Of a stretch of DNA of 64,000 nucleotides, positions 9,643 through 20,000 are shown piece after piece (position 1 is the stretch's first letter; every line of letters begins with the position of its first letter). The stretch comes from Thermoproteota archaeon (GTDB lineage Archaea > Thermoproteota > Thermoprotei > Thermofilales > B9-G17): assembly GCA_029258885.1 (NCBI GenBank), contig JAPDJW010000002.1, forward strand, positions 192,001 to 256,000, in the 5' to 3' direction. The notes beneath the pieces were generated by a model. That model saw only the letters and a list, made by a program, of their open reading frames with translations, had not been told where the DNA came from and did not search any database. The translations under genes and the position numbers were made by a program.

Positions 9643-11676
9643 ATGAGTTCTAGTACAGAGGTTCGGGAGGAAGTTATTGAGAAGGGATTAACGCCGAGAG
9701 CTATAATTCTGTCTTTCGCTATACTATTAGCGACTTTTGCTGAAGAGCTTATACTTTACATAAGCCCCGACTTACGCTGGTTTAATGCATGGTTCCCTCT
9801 TCCGCCATTCCTCTTAATATTCATAGACTATGCTTTGGGCAAGATTAATCCACGTTTTAAACTCAGGAGAGGCGAGTGGGTAGTAGTAATAGCTGCTGCC
9901 TCAGCAATAACATTCTCCACCTATCTACAGCATGGACCATCATACGTATTCATGATGCCGATATTAGCTCAAGGACCATTTATGCCTCTCTACTTTAAGA
10001 TGCATCCATCATTCAAGAAGTATGGGTTAGGCGATCTATATCCTGTATTCATGTGCCCGACAAGCCCTGAGGCCATAGATGCTTTCACCTATGGAGGCCC
10101 GTTCAATATAGGTGATTGGCTACCCTTCATAATCTTCTGGACACTGCAGTGGATATTCCTGGTAATGATATATGTCTTCTTCGGTTTCATGCTTAGAAAA
10201 CCGTTTGTAGAGATAGAGAGGATCCCATTCCCATACGTTATTGCTACAACTGAAGTAATCAAAATGTATACCACCGTAGAGGACAATAAGCCATCTATCT
10301 TCAATTTAAAGAACCCGAGGACTAAGATGTTCTATATAGGCTTTGCATTAGGTCTCTTCTTCACATTCCCGGGCTTTATTCAGAAGGTATTCTTCCCAGA
10401 GTTCTGGGGAGGAGTACCGTACAGCTACTCATTCGACCTCTCAACGTACGTCAGGTCCTTCCTGCCGGGCTCATACACCAGAGGGCTAATAGTACTCCAG
10501 GACATAGCCTTATCCTATCTAATAAACATAGATATTCTGGCAAGCGTAATAATATTCTACGTAATATTCTCAATAATATATCCAGTGCTCGGAGTAACTA
10601 TGGGATTTCTGCCCTACAAGGTAGGATACGAGAGAAGCCAATGGTACTATGGCAGAAGGTACGGTCCATTCCACTGGATAGATTTCATGTATTGGCTACC
10701 ATTTGCAATAGGATTGTGGGTCCTTCTAAATAACTGGAGCCACATAAAGGGTATATTAACAACATTCTATACTGGCAAGGATGTAGTTGAAAGCGGAGTA
10801 TCCTACAAGTTCATATCATGGGGAGCATTAATATCCTTCATAGGCTTCTGGCTTCTATGGATAATTGCTGGAGCACCAATAATAGCTTCACTAATACTAA
10901 TAGCCTTCATGATAATCTGCTTCTTCGGATACACCTACGCTAGGGCGGAGGCAGGCTTTGTTCCATGGAACCTGTACTCAAGGCTTAATCTACCCTACGA
11001 CATTGGAGCAGCTACTCTAGCATTCAACTGGACACAACCGGATCCAAGGGCTTTCACATATTCAACGATGTTCATGGCTTCATGGAACGATGGCCACAGA
11101 ATGACTGGCTTTGCTATGTGGAACCACATGGGTCTCTACAAGATGGCCGACGAGCTAAAGACCAGAGCCAAGGATATAGTTATAATCTTACTAATAATGG
11201 GTGTTGCTACAGCCATATTGGTACATACTGTCGGTATATGGGCGTACACGGCATACGGAGGATGGACTGGACCAATGGGTAAAGATACTATAGGCTATGC
11301 AGCATGGTATGCATGGTTCCCATTAATTGACGCTAAAACTGGAAAGAAGCCGGCGTTTTGGAACCCGGAGTGGGGATTCCCGTATAACTGGACATTATTC
11401 ATTACGGGTATACTATTCACGTTAGGCTGCTTCTTCGCTAGAGCAAGGTGGCCATGGTTCATACTGAATCCAATAGGTATCTTCGGAGCATACGGCTACT
11501 GGTTCTGGCCAAATGCCCTAATAGCGTTAATCCTCAAGTACTTAACACTAAAGATAGGTGGAACAGAGCTCTACTACAAGATAGGAATACCGCTAGCAGT
11601 AGGATTCATAGTGGGTGTAGGGTTCCTCACGACGTTCACGTACCTAATATTCTTCGTACAGGCCCTAACAAAATAA
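9643..11676 (+). CDS. DUF6785/DUF6784-type polytopic membrane protein (OPT-related), paralogue of 12930..14966
   Basis: GLTPRAII start; LRKPFVEIERIPFPY; WPWFILNPIG near the C-terminus; strongly hydrophobic. Confidence 0.65.
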   Translation: MSSSTEVREEVIEKGLTPRAIILSFAILLATFAEELILYISPDLRWFNAWFPLPPFLLIFIDYALGKINPRFKLRRGEWVVVIAAASAITFSTYLQHGPSYVFMMPILAQGPFMPLYFKMHPSFKKYGLGDLYPVFMCPTSPEAIDAFTYGGPFNIGDWLPFIIFWTLQWIFLVMIYVFFGFMLRKPFVEIERIPFPYVIATTEVIKMYTTVEDNKPSIFNLKNPRTKMFYIGFALGLFFTFPGFIQKVFFPEFWGGVPYSYSFDLSTYVRSFLPGSYTRGLIVLQDIALSYLINIDILASVIIFYVIFSIIYPVLGVTMGFLPYKVGYERSQWYYGRRYGPFHWIDFMYWLPFAIGLWVLLNNWSHIKGILTTFYTGKDVVESGVSYKFISWGALISFIGFWLLWIIAGAPIIASLILIAFMIICFFGYTYARAEAGFVPWNLYSRLNLPYDIGAATLAFNWTQPDPRAFTYSTMFMASWNDGHRMTGFAMWNHMGLYKMADELKTRAKDIVIILLIMGVATAILVHTVGIWAYTAYGGWTGPMGKDTIGYAAWYAWFPLIDAKTGKKPAFWNPEWGFPYNWTLFITGILFTLGCFFARARWPWFILNPIGIFGAYGYWFWPNALIALILKYLTLKIGGTELYYKIGIPLAVGFIVGVGFLTTFTYLIFFVQALTK

Positions 11677-11688
11677 ACAATATTTTTT

Positions 11689-12882
11689 CTATTTTCTTCT
11701 AATAATCCACCTACATAGAATAGCTATGGCAACTACTAGTAAGCCAGCCAGTATTATATATCTATTATTTACGGAATTTTCTTCAATATTTTCGCCTTGA
11801 ATAATAGATTTAATTGCCTCCGCCTTACCTGGATCCTTTATTAGCAAATCAACATTAAAGAAAACCACTCCATCTACGTTGCTTGAAAGAGCATATTTCA
11901 ACTCGTCGGCTATAGTTTTAGTATCGTATCCTAGGTATATACCTACTAAAAGAGGCACTTTACCGGAAACCGTATTTATCTCATCATCTACGTATACCTT
12001 AAATTTATCTACATCGCCTGTGTAAGCCATCGTGACAACATAGTCAAGCCACCCTTCTTCAACCCACCTCTTCCAGTCCTGAAGCTGGTATCTATAGCTG
12101 CTGCCGTATCCAGCTAAATTGTAGACGGGAAACACGGCGGCGGAAACCTTAACCTCAGGCTTTATTGATTTAACTTTCTCGTAGGTCAACCTAACTATCT
12201 CTGAGACACTATTTCTTCTAAAACTATCCCATAAATCTCGACTATAGCTAGGGTCTATATTATATATTTGAATAAATTTGTTTCTGCTTACTATACCGTA
12301 GGCATCTCTGTTGGGATACCTTATTCGGTCAAGCTGAATTCCCTCAATAGGATAATTTTTCACTATCTCCTCGACTACTGATAAAATCCTTGCTCTGGCC
12401 TCTTCAGCCTCGGGATCCATCCACCCTATAACATTACCATATCTATCACGTAATGCTATATCTCTGTGTTTGCTAAGCCAAGGGCTAGGCGTAGTCTCTC
12501 CTTCAGCTAAGGCATTAACATACACGTTAACGCTGATGTTATACTCTAAAGCTTTATTAACTATATACTCGAGTGGATCCCAACTATATTTAGGGCTGAG
12601 AGGGGCTATTAAGCTGTTATAGTAGGTGAAGCCCCAGGGGTCTTTAGCTAGGAAGAATATCGTATTTATGCCTATATCACTTAACATTTTAAAGACTTCA
12701 TCTACCTGCTTACACCAAACATCTTTTTCACTACTCCAATAATCCGAGTAAATGCCCCACCATATCCCTATAACCTTACTCTTGTTCTGATGATCCATAC
12801 AATCAGTATGCTTATGATAAATAGTTAAAGCTAAAACCACGGCTATAATAACCAGTAATGCTAGACGCATGGCGTTCACCAT
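11689..12882 (-). CDS. Surface-anchored glycosyl hydrolase-like 10 (DUF187; DigH/YddW-YngK family)
   Basis: WDPLEY, WMDP, YPIEGIQLDRIRYP, VSAAVFP and QDWKRWVEEGWLDY motifs. N-terminal signal/TM and C-terminal TM followed by RRK. Confidence 0.85.
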   Translation of the reverse strand: MVNAMRLALLVIIAVVLALTIYHKHTDCMDHQNKSKVIGIWWGIYSDYWSSEKDVWCKQVDEVFKMLSDIGINTIFFLAKDPWGFTYYNSLIAPLSPKYSWDPLEYIVNKALEYNISVNVYVNALAEGETTPSPWLSKHRDIALRDRYGNVIGWMDPEAEEARARILSVVEEIVKNYPIEGIQLDRIRYPNRDAYGIVSRNKFIQIYNIDPSYSRDLWDSFRRNSVSEIVRLTYEKVKSIKPEVKVSAAVFPVYNLAGYGSSYRYQLQDWKRWVEEGWLDYVVTMAYTGDVDKFKVYVDDEINTVSGKVPLLVGIYLGYDTKTIADELKYALSSNVDGVVFFNVDLLIKDPGKAEAIKSIIQGENIEENSVNNRYIILAGLLVVAIAILCRWIIRRK

Positions 12883-12929
12883 TAAGAGGGAAAACTCAAT
12901 TCATTAAAAAGATGCGAAATAATAAAAAA

Positions 12930-14966
12930 TTATAGTCTTCTTAATAATGAAGGTAACCCGATGTTGAAGAAGGCTATGAATGCTGAAACTATAGCACCCA
13001 CACCGTATCCGGCTAGCAGTCCGGCTGCTATCGGTACTAAATACTCTTCGTAGGCTCTAGCTCCACCGATTCTAAGAACCACGTACTTTATTATAAATGC
13101 CAGAAATATCGTTGCCCACCACCAGTCGGTTACCCAGCTTACAGCAATACCTACTGGATTTATGAAGAACCAGGCAAACCTTGATCTAAGGAGGTAGATT
13201 ATGAATACTAAAACTATTCCTCCAGCTGTTAGCATCATTCTCTCTTCGCTGGTTGTAGTAGGCGGTCTACCGAACGTAAGTTCCCATGTTCTACGCATAC
13301 CACCTTCGGTGTATACTGAGTGTAAACCTCCTAGTGCACTGTATCCTCCGAATCTAGAGTACCATATGGGCCATATTATTTCAGCTGAAAAGGCTGCCGA
13401 AATAAGTGTGATCAGCGAGATTATGAATACCAGCTTAGCGGGAACTTTACTCATTGACGCCATTCTATATAGTTTAAGTTGATGGGGCATAGCGATGGAG
13501 GCCATTCTTAGCCCTCCAGAGCCTAGCGATTGATACATGATCATAGTTCTGTATGCTAAAATTGACTGTGCTGGAGCTGGCCCCCACAGTCCCATGTAAT
13601 GTAGAAAGTCGAAAATTTGCTTCTGATGATGGTGTATTGCTGGAAGGTACTCGTGGCTTTCGCCTACAACTCTGCTCCAGGAGATCATTGTCAGTAAGTA
13701 CCATAGTACGGCTATTGCTGAGATATGTATTGGTATATTCGCCATTGAGAATAGTAAGATGCCGAGTACGAGGAAGAGTAGAGCTCCGATAGCCATAGTC
13801 CTATAGGATAACCCTTCATCCTCACCTCCTCCCTCTTCGATACCTAACCCTATCTTAAATACTTCTATAATGTATCTTCTGTGGTTATAGAGGGTCCATA
13901 GTCCCAGTCCTATTACTACTCCAAATAGTCCAAATAGTTCGAATTTAAATGGACCATATAGCCTCCCGTAGTACTGGTACGAGTAGCGTTCAATTCCTAC
14001 CCTATAGGGCAGCCATCCTCCTCTTATACCTATTACCGGATAAATTATGCAGAAAATGAGCCACCAGAGTAGGCACGTCATTAGCATATCAAGTGGCGCG
14101 AAAATTAACACTAACACATCTGGAGGTACTAAATATACTCTCGTGAAAGCTCCTGGCAGAAAGTCTCTCGTCATAGGTGTTATATCAAGCTCGTGAGTTC
14201 TGAAGTCTATAATGCCTCTAGGTAGCGTAGGCAGTACAAATGATCTTACAGCATCTTGTATACTTATAAGGAATCCTATGATGAAGCTTACAAAGAATAG
14301 CTTAGCTACCCTAGATTTAAGGTTGAATAATTTAGGTTTATCCTTGCTTCTCTCTACATACCACATTGTCATGTATGCAGACGGTAGTATGCCTGGAAAC
14401 GGCAATCTTTCAACGTCAACCAGTGGTTTTCTTAAAATGTAGCCCCAGAAATAGGTGCCTCCTATAAACACTACAACCCATATACTCCAGAATATAGCTG
14501 AATAAATGAATTCGATGGATAATGGTCCACCGAAATATATTGAATCAATTATCGAGTCAGGCGGCCTTACGGGAGTAGGCACGAGCATTCTAGTTATTTC
14601 TCTATAGGGATCTGTAGCTCCAGCATATACGAATATTGCTTGATTAAATGTTGGTAGAGGCGCTAGCGTCCATTGGAGTAGTCCATACTCCGCATATGCC
14701 TGACCAGCCACTAAATACATAATGGTGAATAGGAGCACTAAGTTTAATGGAGATATTCTAAGCTTAGGTGACGCTTTTTCCAGTAAAAATAGGATGAGCA
14801 GATTTATGAACCAAGGTAGGGGAAATATTCCAGGCCATGACGCCCAGTCAGTGAACGACTGCATAATAGTATTAAGTACAAAGGCTATTGGTGGAACTAT
14901 AATAGCAACAGCTATTATCCAAGGCTTTAACCTATATTCCACCTCACGCTCGGCCAAGAGCATCAC
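12930..14966 (-). CDS. DUF6785/DUF6784-type polytopic membrane protein (OPT-related)
   Basis: LRKPLVDVERLPFP; YGRLYGPF (YGRRYGPF in the paralogue); FAWFFINPVG. Confidence 0.65.
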   Translation of the reverse strand: MMLLAEREVEYRLKPWIIAVAIIVPPIAFVLNTIMQSFTDWASWPGIFPLPWFINLLILFLLEKASPKLRISPLNLVLLFTIMYLVAGQAYAEYGLLQWTLAPLPTFNQAIFVYAGATDPYREITRMLVPTPVRPPDSIIDSIYFGGPLSIEFIYSAIFWSIWVVVFIGGTYFWGYILRKPLVDVERLPFPGILPSAYMTMWYVERSKDKPKLFNLKSRVAKLFFVSFIIGFLISIQDAVRSFVLPTLPRGIIDFRTHELDITPMTRDFLPGAFTRVYLVPPDVLVLIFAPLDMLMTCLLWWLIFCIIYPVIGIRGGWLPYRVGIERYSYQYYGRLYGPFKFELFGLFGVVIGLGLWTLYNHRRYIIEVFKIGLGIEEGGGEDEGLSYRTMAIGALLFLVLGILLFSMANIPIHISAIAVLWYLLTMISWSRVVGESHEYLPAIHHHQKQIFDFLHYMGLWGPAPAQSILAYRTMIMYQSLGSGGLRMASIAMPHQLKLYRMASMSKVPAKLVFIISLITLISAAFSAEIIWPIWYSRFGGYSALGGLHSVYTEGGMRRTWELTFGRPPTTTSEERMMLTAGGIVLVFIIYLLRSRFAWFFINPVGIAVSWVTDWWWATIFLAFIIKYVVLRIGGARAYEEYLVPIAAGLLAGYGVGAIVSAFIAFFNIGLPSLLRRL

Positions 14967-15022
14967 CTAATTTACTTCATATATCTAATAGATAAAAATA
15001 TAAGAAAATATATTAAGGTTGT

Positions 15023-16843
15023 TTATTTCTTGGTTTCCTCCTCTTTTCTAGGCTTAGCCTTCCTTATCTTCAGGAATACGAAAACTATTATCAGTATTAT
15101 GATTATTACTGCTGCAGCTATTAGGTTCCCGTACTTAGTCATAAATGGTATCTCAATCTTAAACTTTACAACTGCTTCTGCCTTGTTTCCAGCTTTATCG
15201 TAGGCTACTATCTTAAGCTCATGCTCACCCTCGGGAACCTTTGCAAATATAGACGTTGTTGATGTAGTAGTCTCATGTAGCTGGCCATCAAGATATACCT
15301 CAAACTTATCTATGCCGGCCCCTTCGTCAGAAGCTGTCCATGTGGCTGTAAACTCTGTCTGAGGTATAGTTTCCCCAGACTTAGGTGAGGTAATGGTTAT
15401 TGTTGGTGGAGTAACGTCAACATTAAATATCCTGCTTGCCGACGTAGTCTCGCCCCTAACGTTATAAACAACTATGGTTACATTATGAGAACCTGTAGTG
15501 AGGCCTGTTAGTGTATATGTTGTTTGATTAACTGGAATGTTTGCCGCTATACGCTCTCCATCCAGATATATCTCTATCTTCTCCAATCCTACTCCCTGAA
15601 CAAGCCACTCAACCTCAACATCTCCAGTACTCCATCCAGCCTCTAAAGGCTTCAAAATCGTAACTATTGCTGGAGGTAAGGTGCCTATAGCGTATACGAA
15701 TCCATCATTAGACCCCACGAATAATATTCCATCTCCAAAGCTTACATCCTGGACATCAGCCCCAAATACCGTCAAATTCCAAAGCATTTCTCCAGTACTT
15801 GCATCAAGACAGTAAAGTATTGCATGGTCTGTACCAAAGTACAGTCTTCCCTCAGCATAAACCACATGCTGATAGAATGGCCCGCTCCCCTGGAACTCCC
15901 ATACGACCTCTCCAGTATCCTTATTAACGGCTATTATCTTAGCATCAGGCTTATACTCCTTAACAATAACATAGCCTTCAGGTATTACCAGAGGCTGATT
16001 ATATATACCTCTTCCAAACTTGTACTGCCATATAACCTCTCCCGTTTCAGCGTTAAGCGCATATAACGTGCTACCTCCACCAGTTATATCACCGACAACA
16101 TATACTACTCCATCGTGGAACGTTACTCCAAACGGCGCGCCGCCAGTATTAAACTCCCAGAGCTTATTGCCAGTATCTGGGTCAAGGCAGTAAACCTTGC
16201 CATCATAGCTTGCCCAGTAGAGCTTACCATTACCTAATGCGGCTGGACCTCTAACTTGTCCGCCAGTCTCAAACTGCCAAATAAGTTCTCCAGTAGTTGC
16301 ATTAACGCAGTACATGAAGTAATCCTTAGATCCAAAGTATAGTTTGCCATTATATACTAGCGGCGGTGTCATTATAGCTCCAGCAGTCTCAAACTGCCAT
16401 ATCAGCTCTCCGGTATAGAAGTCAAGGGCATACATTATGTTATCGTAGCTACCAATAAACACGTAAGTTCTTCCATCAGTCCCCTCCCATACACATGGCG
16501 TACTATAGATGGGTCCACCTGTTGGGAATGACCATATCCATTTACCAGTAAATTCCTCTAGGCAGTGAACTAAGCCATTTCTCTCACCATATATAACTCT
16601 ATCCTTATATACCAGTATTTGACCCCAGTGTTTAGCGCCATCTTCATACTTCCACAAGATGTTTGGCTCCTCAGGACCGTCTGTGGCAACGCCATTGCGT
16701 TCGGGACAGCCCATATACATTGTCCACCACGGTCTCTCCTGGGGCTGTGAATAAACTGCTGGCATATAAAACGGCGCTATACTGAACGAAAGAAGCAATA
16801 CTAACAACATTAAGATACTTTTTTTCATAAATTCTCCCCCCAC
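15023..16843 (-). CDS. Surface protein: PQQ-type (BamB-like) beta-propeller + two Ig/FN3-like domains + C-terminal TM anchor
   Basis: Repeated W.FETGG...LY.GS.D...YC.D..TG...W units; DVTPPTITITSP Ig-like junction; signal peptide; C-terminal hydrophobic helix with basic tail. Confidence 0.85.
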   Translation of the reverse strand: MGGEFMKKSILMLLVLLLSFSIAPFYMPAVYSQPQERPWWTMYMGCPERNGVATDGPEEPNILWKYEDGAKHWGQILVYKDRVIYGERNGLVHCLEEFTGKWIWSFPTGGPIYSTPCVWEGTDGRTYVFIGSYDNIMYALDFYTGELIWQFETAGAIMTPPLVYNGKLYFGSKDYFMYCVNATTGELIWQFETGGQVRGPAALGNGKLYWASYDGKVYCLDPDTGNKLWEFNTGGAPFGVTFHDGVVYVVGDITGGGSTLYALNAETGEVIWQYKFGRGIYNQPLVIPEGYVIVKEYKPDAKIIAVNKDTGEVVWEFQGSGPFYQHVVYAEGRLYFGTDHAILYCLDASTGEMLWNLTVFGADVQDVSFGDGILFVGSNDGFVYAIGTLPPAIVTILKPLEAGWSTGDVEVEWLVQGVGLEKIEIYLDGERIAANIPVNQTTYTLTGLTTGSHNVTIVVYNVRGETTSASRIFNVDVTPPTITITSPKSGETIPQTEFTATWTASDEGAGIDKFEVYLDGQLHETTTSTTSIFAKVPEGEHELKIVAYDKAGNKAEAVVKFKIEIPFMTKYGNLIAAAVIIIILIIVFVFLKIRKAKPRKEEETKK

Positions 16844-17058
16844 CTGGATTTATCTTTTAGCTTTAGAACTTATAAGTTTTAACATTAAATTTATATATTA
16901 GATGGCTAACTTTTTATCAAATTTTCTATCGAAGGAAATTATCAAAATATTATACTACATATTTCCCAAAACAATTTATGGTAAAAATATAAGTCTTAGG
17001 CGGGATAAGCGTTATTTAGGTAAAGATTTAATCTAGTATAAGCCGTGGAGGGACGGTT

Positions 17059-20000
17059 ATGAGGAGGAGGACTATAATATTGTTATTACTATTCTTCAGT
17101 CAAACCCTGGCATGGGCACATGGTTCCTCCTATGGGGCTTTTCCCATTGATAATATTAACTTCGACCACATAGCGGCTATGGCGGAGAAGATTTCAAGCT
17201 TTGAGTCCCGCGTTACGGGCTATCCGGGATATTATAGGACATTAACATATATAGAGAGACTAGCCGCAAATTTTGCGAATAAGCGTGGTTTAGATATTAT
17301 TAAACAGAATTTCACGGTTTTGGTGCCACTTGAGATAGAATCGTATCTAGTAGTTGGGAATACTAAATACAGGGCGTACGCTATGTGGCCTAATCTCGTG
17401 CATACTTGCAAGACCGTAAAGCCTATTTCGGGAAAGTTTGTCTACGCTAAAGGTGGTGGAATTGAAGAGATAAATGGTCTTCCATTAAATGGAAGTATAG
17501 CATTCCTTGATTTTAACTCGGGCTATAACTGGCTTAGGATAGCTAGTTTAGGGGCGAAAGCCATAGTGTTCGTGGAGCCGAACTCCACTAATACATACGA
17601 GTCTTTAACTAAGTTCATAGAGGTGCCTATAAACATTCCGAGACTATATGTAAGGAAAGATACATTCGAGGAAATACTGAGAATTAATCCCGAGGAGGTA
17701 AGCGTTTTTCTTAATATGGAGTTTAGGGAGGTTAATGCTACGAACATAGTAGTCGAAGTACCAGGTTCAAATGAGAATTTAAGGAATGAGATAATAGTGG
17801 TAGCAACGTATCTGGATTCTTTCTCACCAGTACCCATGCTTTCCCCCGGCTTTAGTGAGGCCATATCTACGGCATACCTACTAAACCTGCTTGAAATACT
17901 TGCCGAGAATCCCACCGAAAGAACGGTCTGGATAGTATTCCTTTCGGGACACTGGCAGGCATTAGCTGGAGCCAGATACTTCGTTGAAAAGTTTTTCCTA
18001 AATGAGGGTAGGAGGATTGTAGCCTTTATAGGACTGGATCTAAGCAACGATAAGGGCAAACTGGGACTAATGTACAAAGGCTATTTCTATGAGTTCTATG
18101 CGCCCAACGTTGAGAGGTGGATTTTCTGGCTTAAAAATAAGATCTTTGGAGATGGAGGCTATTTAGATAAGCTATCTGAGCTAAGCGACTTTGAGTACAG
18201 GGAGCTAATAGTTGATGCATTAGTTAAAAACTATGGATGGTGGGGTCAAATGTATGGACCGTACATCCTTGACAGCGAGCCCTTTGTAGTAGCTCACGGG
18301 CTAGGTTTTACGATAGCGGATCAGATAGAGTTTCCAACGCTCAAATTAACTCCAATAGACGAAGTTAGAAACTTAGATAGGGAGAATTTGCTACGGAAGT
18401 TGGAAATTGCGACAGCTATTATCTATGGGCTTGCTAACGAGCCGGACTATATTAGCTGGAGCGATATATCCCCCGAGAGGATTAAATGGAGTGCTGGAGG
18501 AGCTGACGTGGCAGGCTTTATTACAATGGAGGGGGAGGTTCTAGTATATAATGTAAGTAGCGGATGGTATACAGCGCTAGGGAACGCCATAGTTATAGTG
18601 TCTCGTTACGGTCTCGATTATCTAGAGTTCCCATTCACTAGAATATATGTTAAAAGCAATGAAAATGGTAAATTTAGGGTACTAGGACTTGGACATGGAT
18701 CGGCCGTAGGTTGGTACTACGTAGAAGCCTACGTCCTAGATAATACCACTGGAGACATAATTTATGCGCCGGATTACGGTGTTTACGGCTATAGACAGCT
18801 ATCCTTCGCATACTCTCCTGATAGCCATCCAGTTAAAGCATCAACCGTCGTCTTTAGGTGCGCTACCATAAACATATTTGATTTAGTTGATCCCCTCGGC
18901 CTTAGAAGAACGGTATATTATGATAGAAGGTTCATGAAGACATACACGAGATTCACGGGGGGCACAATTTACCACTTATGGCTAAACTTAGGCTCCTCGC
19001 TTTCAATACTCGATAAAAGCACTTTAAGTGAATACATTAGGTGGGGAGCATGCGTACATAGGGGAATTGGCGCGGCTTCAATATTTGTTCCATTAAACTC
19101 TACGACTGTTATACTATTTAAGATAGGGCAGCCAGCTGCCACGGTAGGTATTCTGGCAAATGCATCACGTGAGTACCCTAATGGGGTTGGCTTTAAGTGC
19201 CAGGCTAAATCGATTAGCGTTAAATTCTCCTCCTTTATATTTGCTAGAGATCTATATCTGGTGGCTTTAAAAAGATATTCTATACTTAAAGAGAACGGCA
19301 TAAGAGATCCATTAGCTGAAAAATACCTGGATCTAGCGGGGCTTTACCTTGCCGATATTAAACGTGAAATTAAAGAAAACAATTACGGCTATGCCTATAC
19401 TCTAAGCATTATAGCGTGGAATACTTCATTAAAAGCTTACAGAAGGATTATGGGAATGATAAGTGATACGATGACTGTAAACTTAATGTATTTCCTCCTA
19501 ACTGTTCTATTCATATTCTTCCTAGATTTAATATTATTTAAGAAAAGAACGATTAAGGAGATTGCCTTTATAGCCGGAGCAACTGCAGGATTAATACTGA
19601 TTTACTACCTAATACATCCGGCTCCCAAGATAAGTCAAAGCTTCATAATATCTCCGCTCTCAGTAACTCTCGAGATACTATTCTTGTTTGTCGCTGTACT
19701 ATTTCTGAGAAACTTCTCCCTCATAATTAAGGAGGCTGCTAAGAGGGTATCTGGGACACATAGGATAGAGGAGGATTTCTTTGCTTTAGCCTCTTTATCA
19801 TTTAAGTACTCGATAGAGAACGTTATGAGGCGTAAAATTAGGGCTATGCTGATAATGATTAACCTTACAACAATAATGTTTGCAATGGTTGCACTTACCT
19901 CAGCTTATCCATCTCAAATGACGGTGGAAGGTTACGTTGGAGGAAGCGCAATTTATGAGGGTGTAATGATAAGCTATGGGTTTGAAAACACACCGGCTAA

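Noticed and set aside
15023-16843. PQQ-dependent dehydrogenase
   Set aside because: Only structural propeller repeats and Ig-like domains are seen; no catalytic dehydrogenase features.
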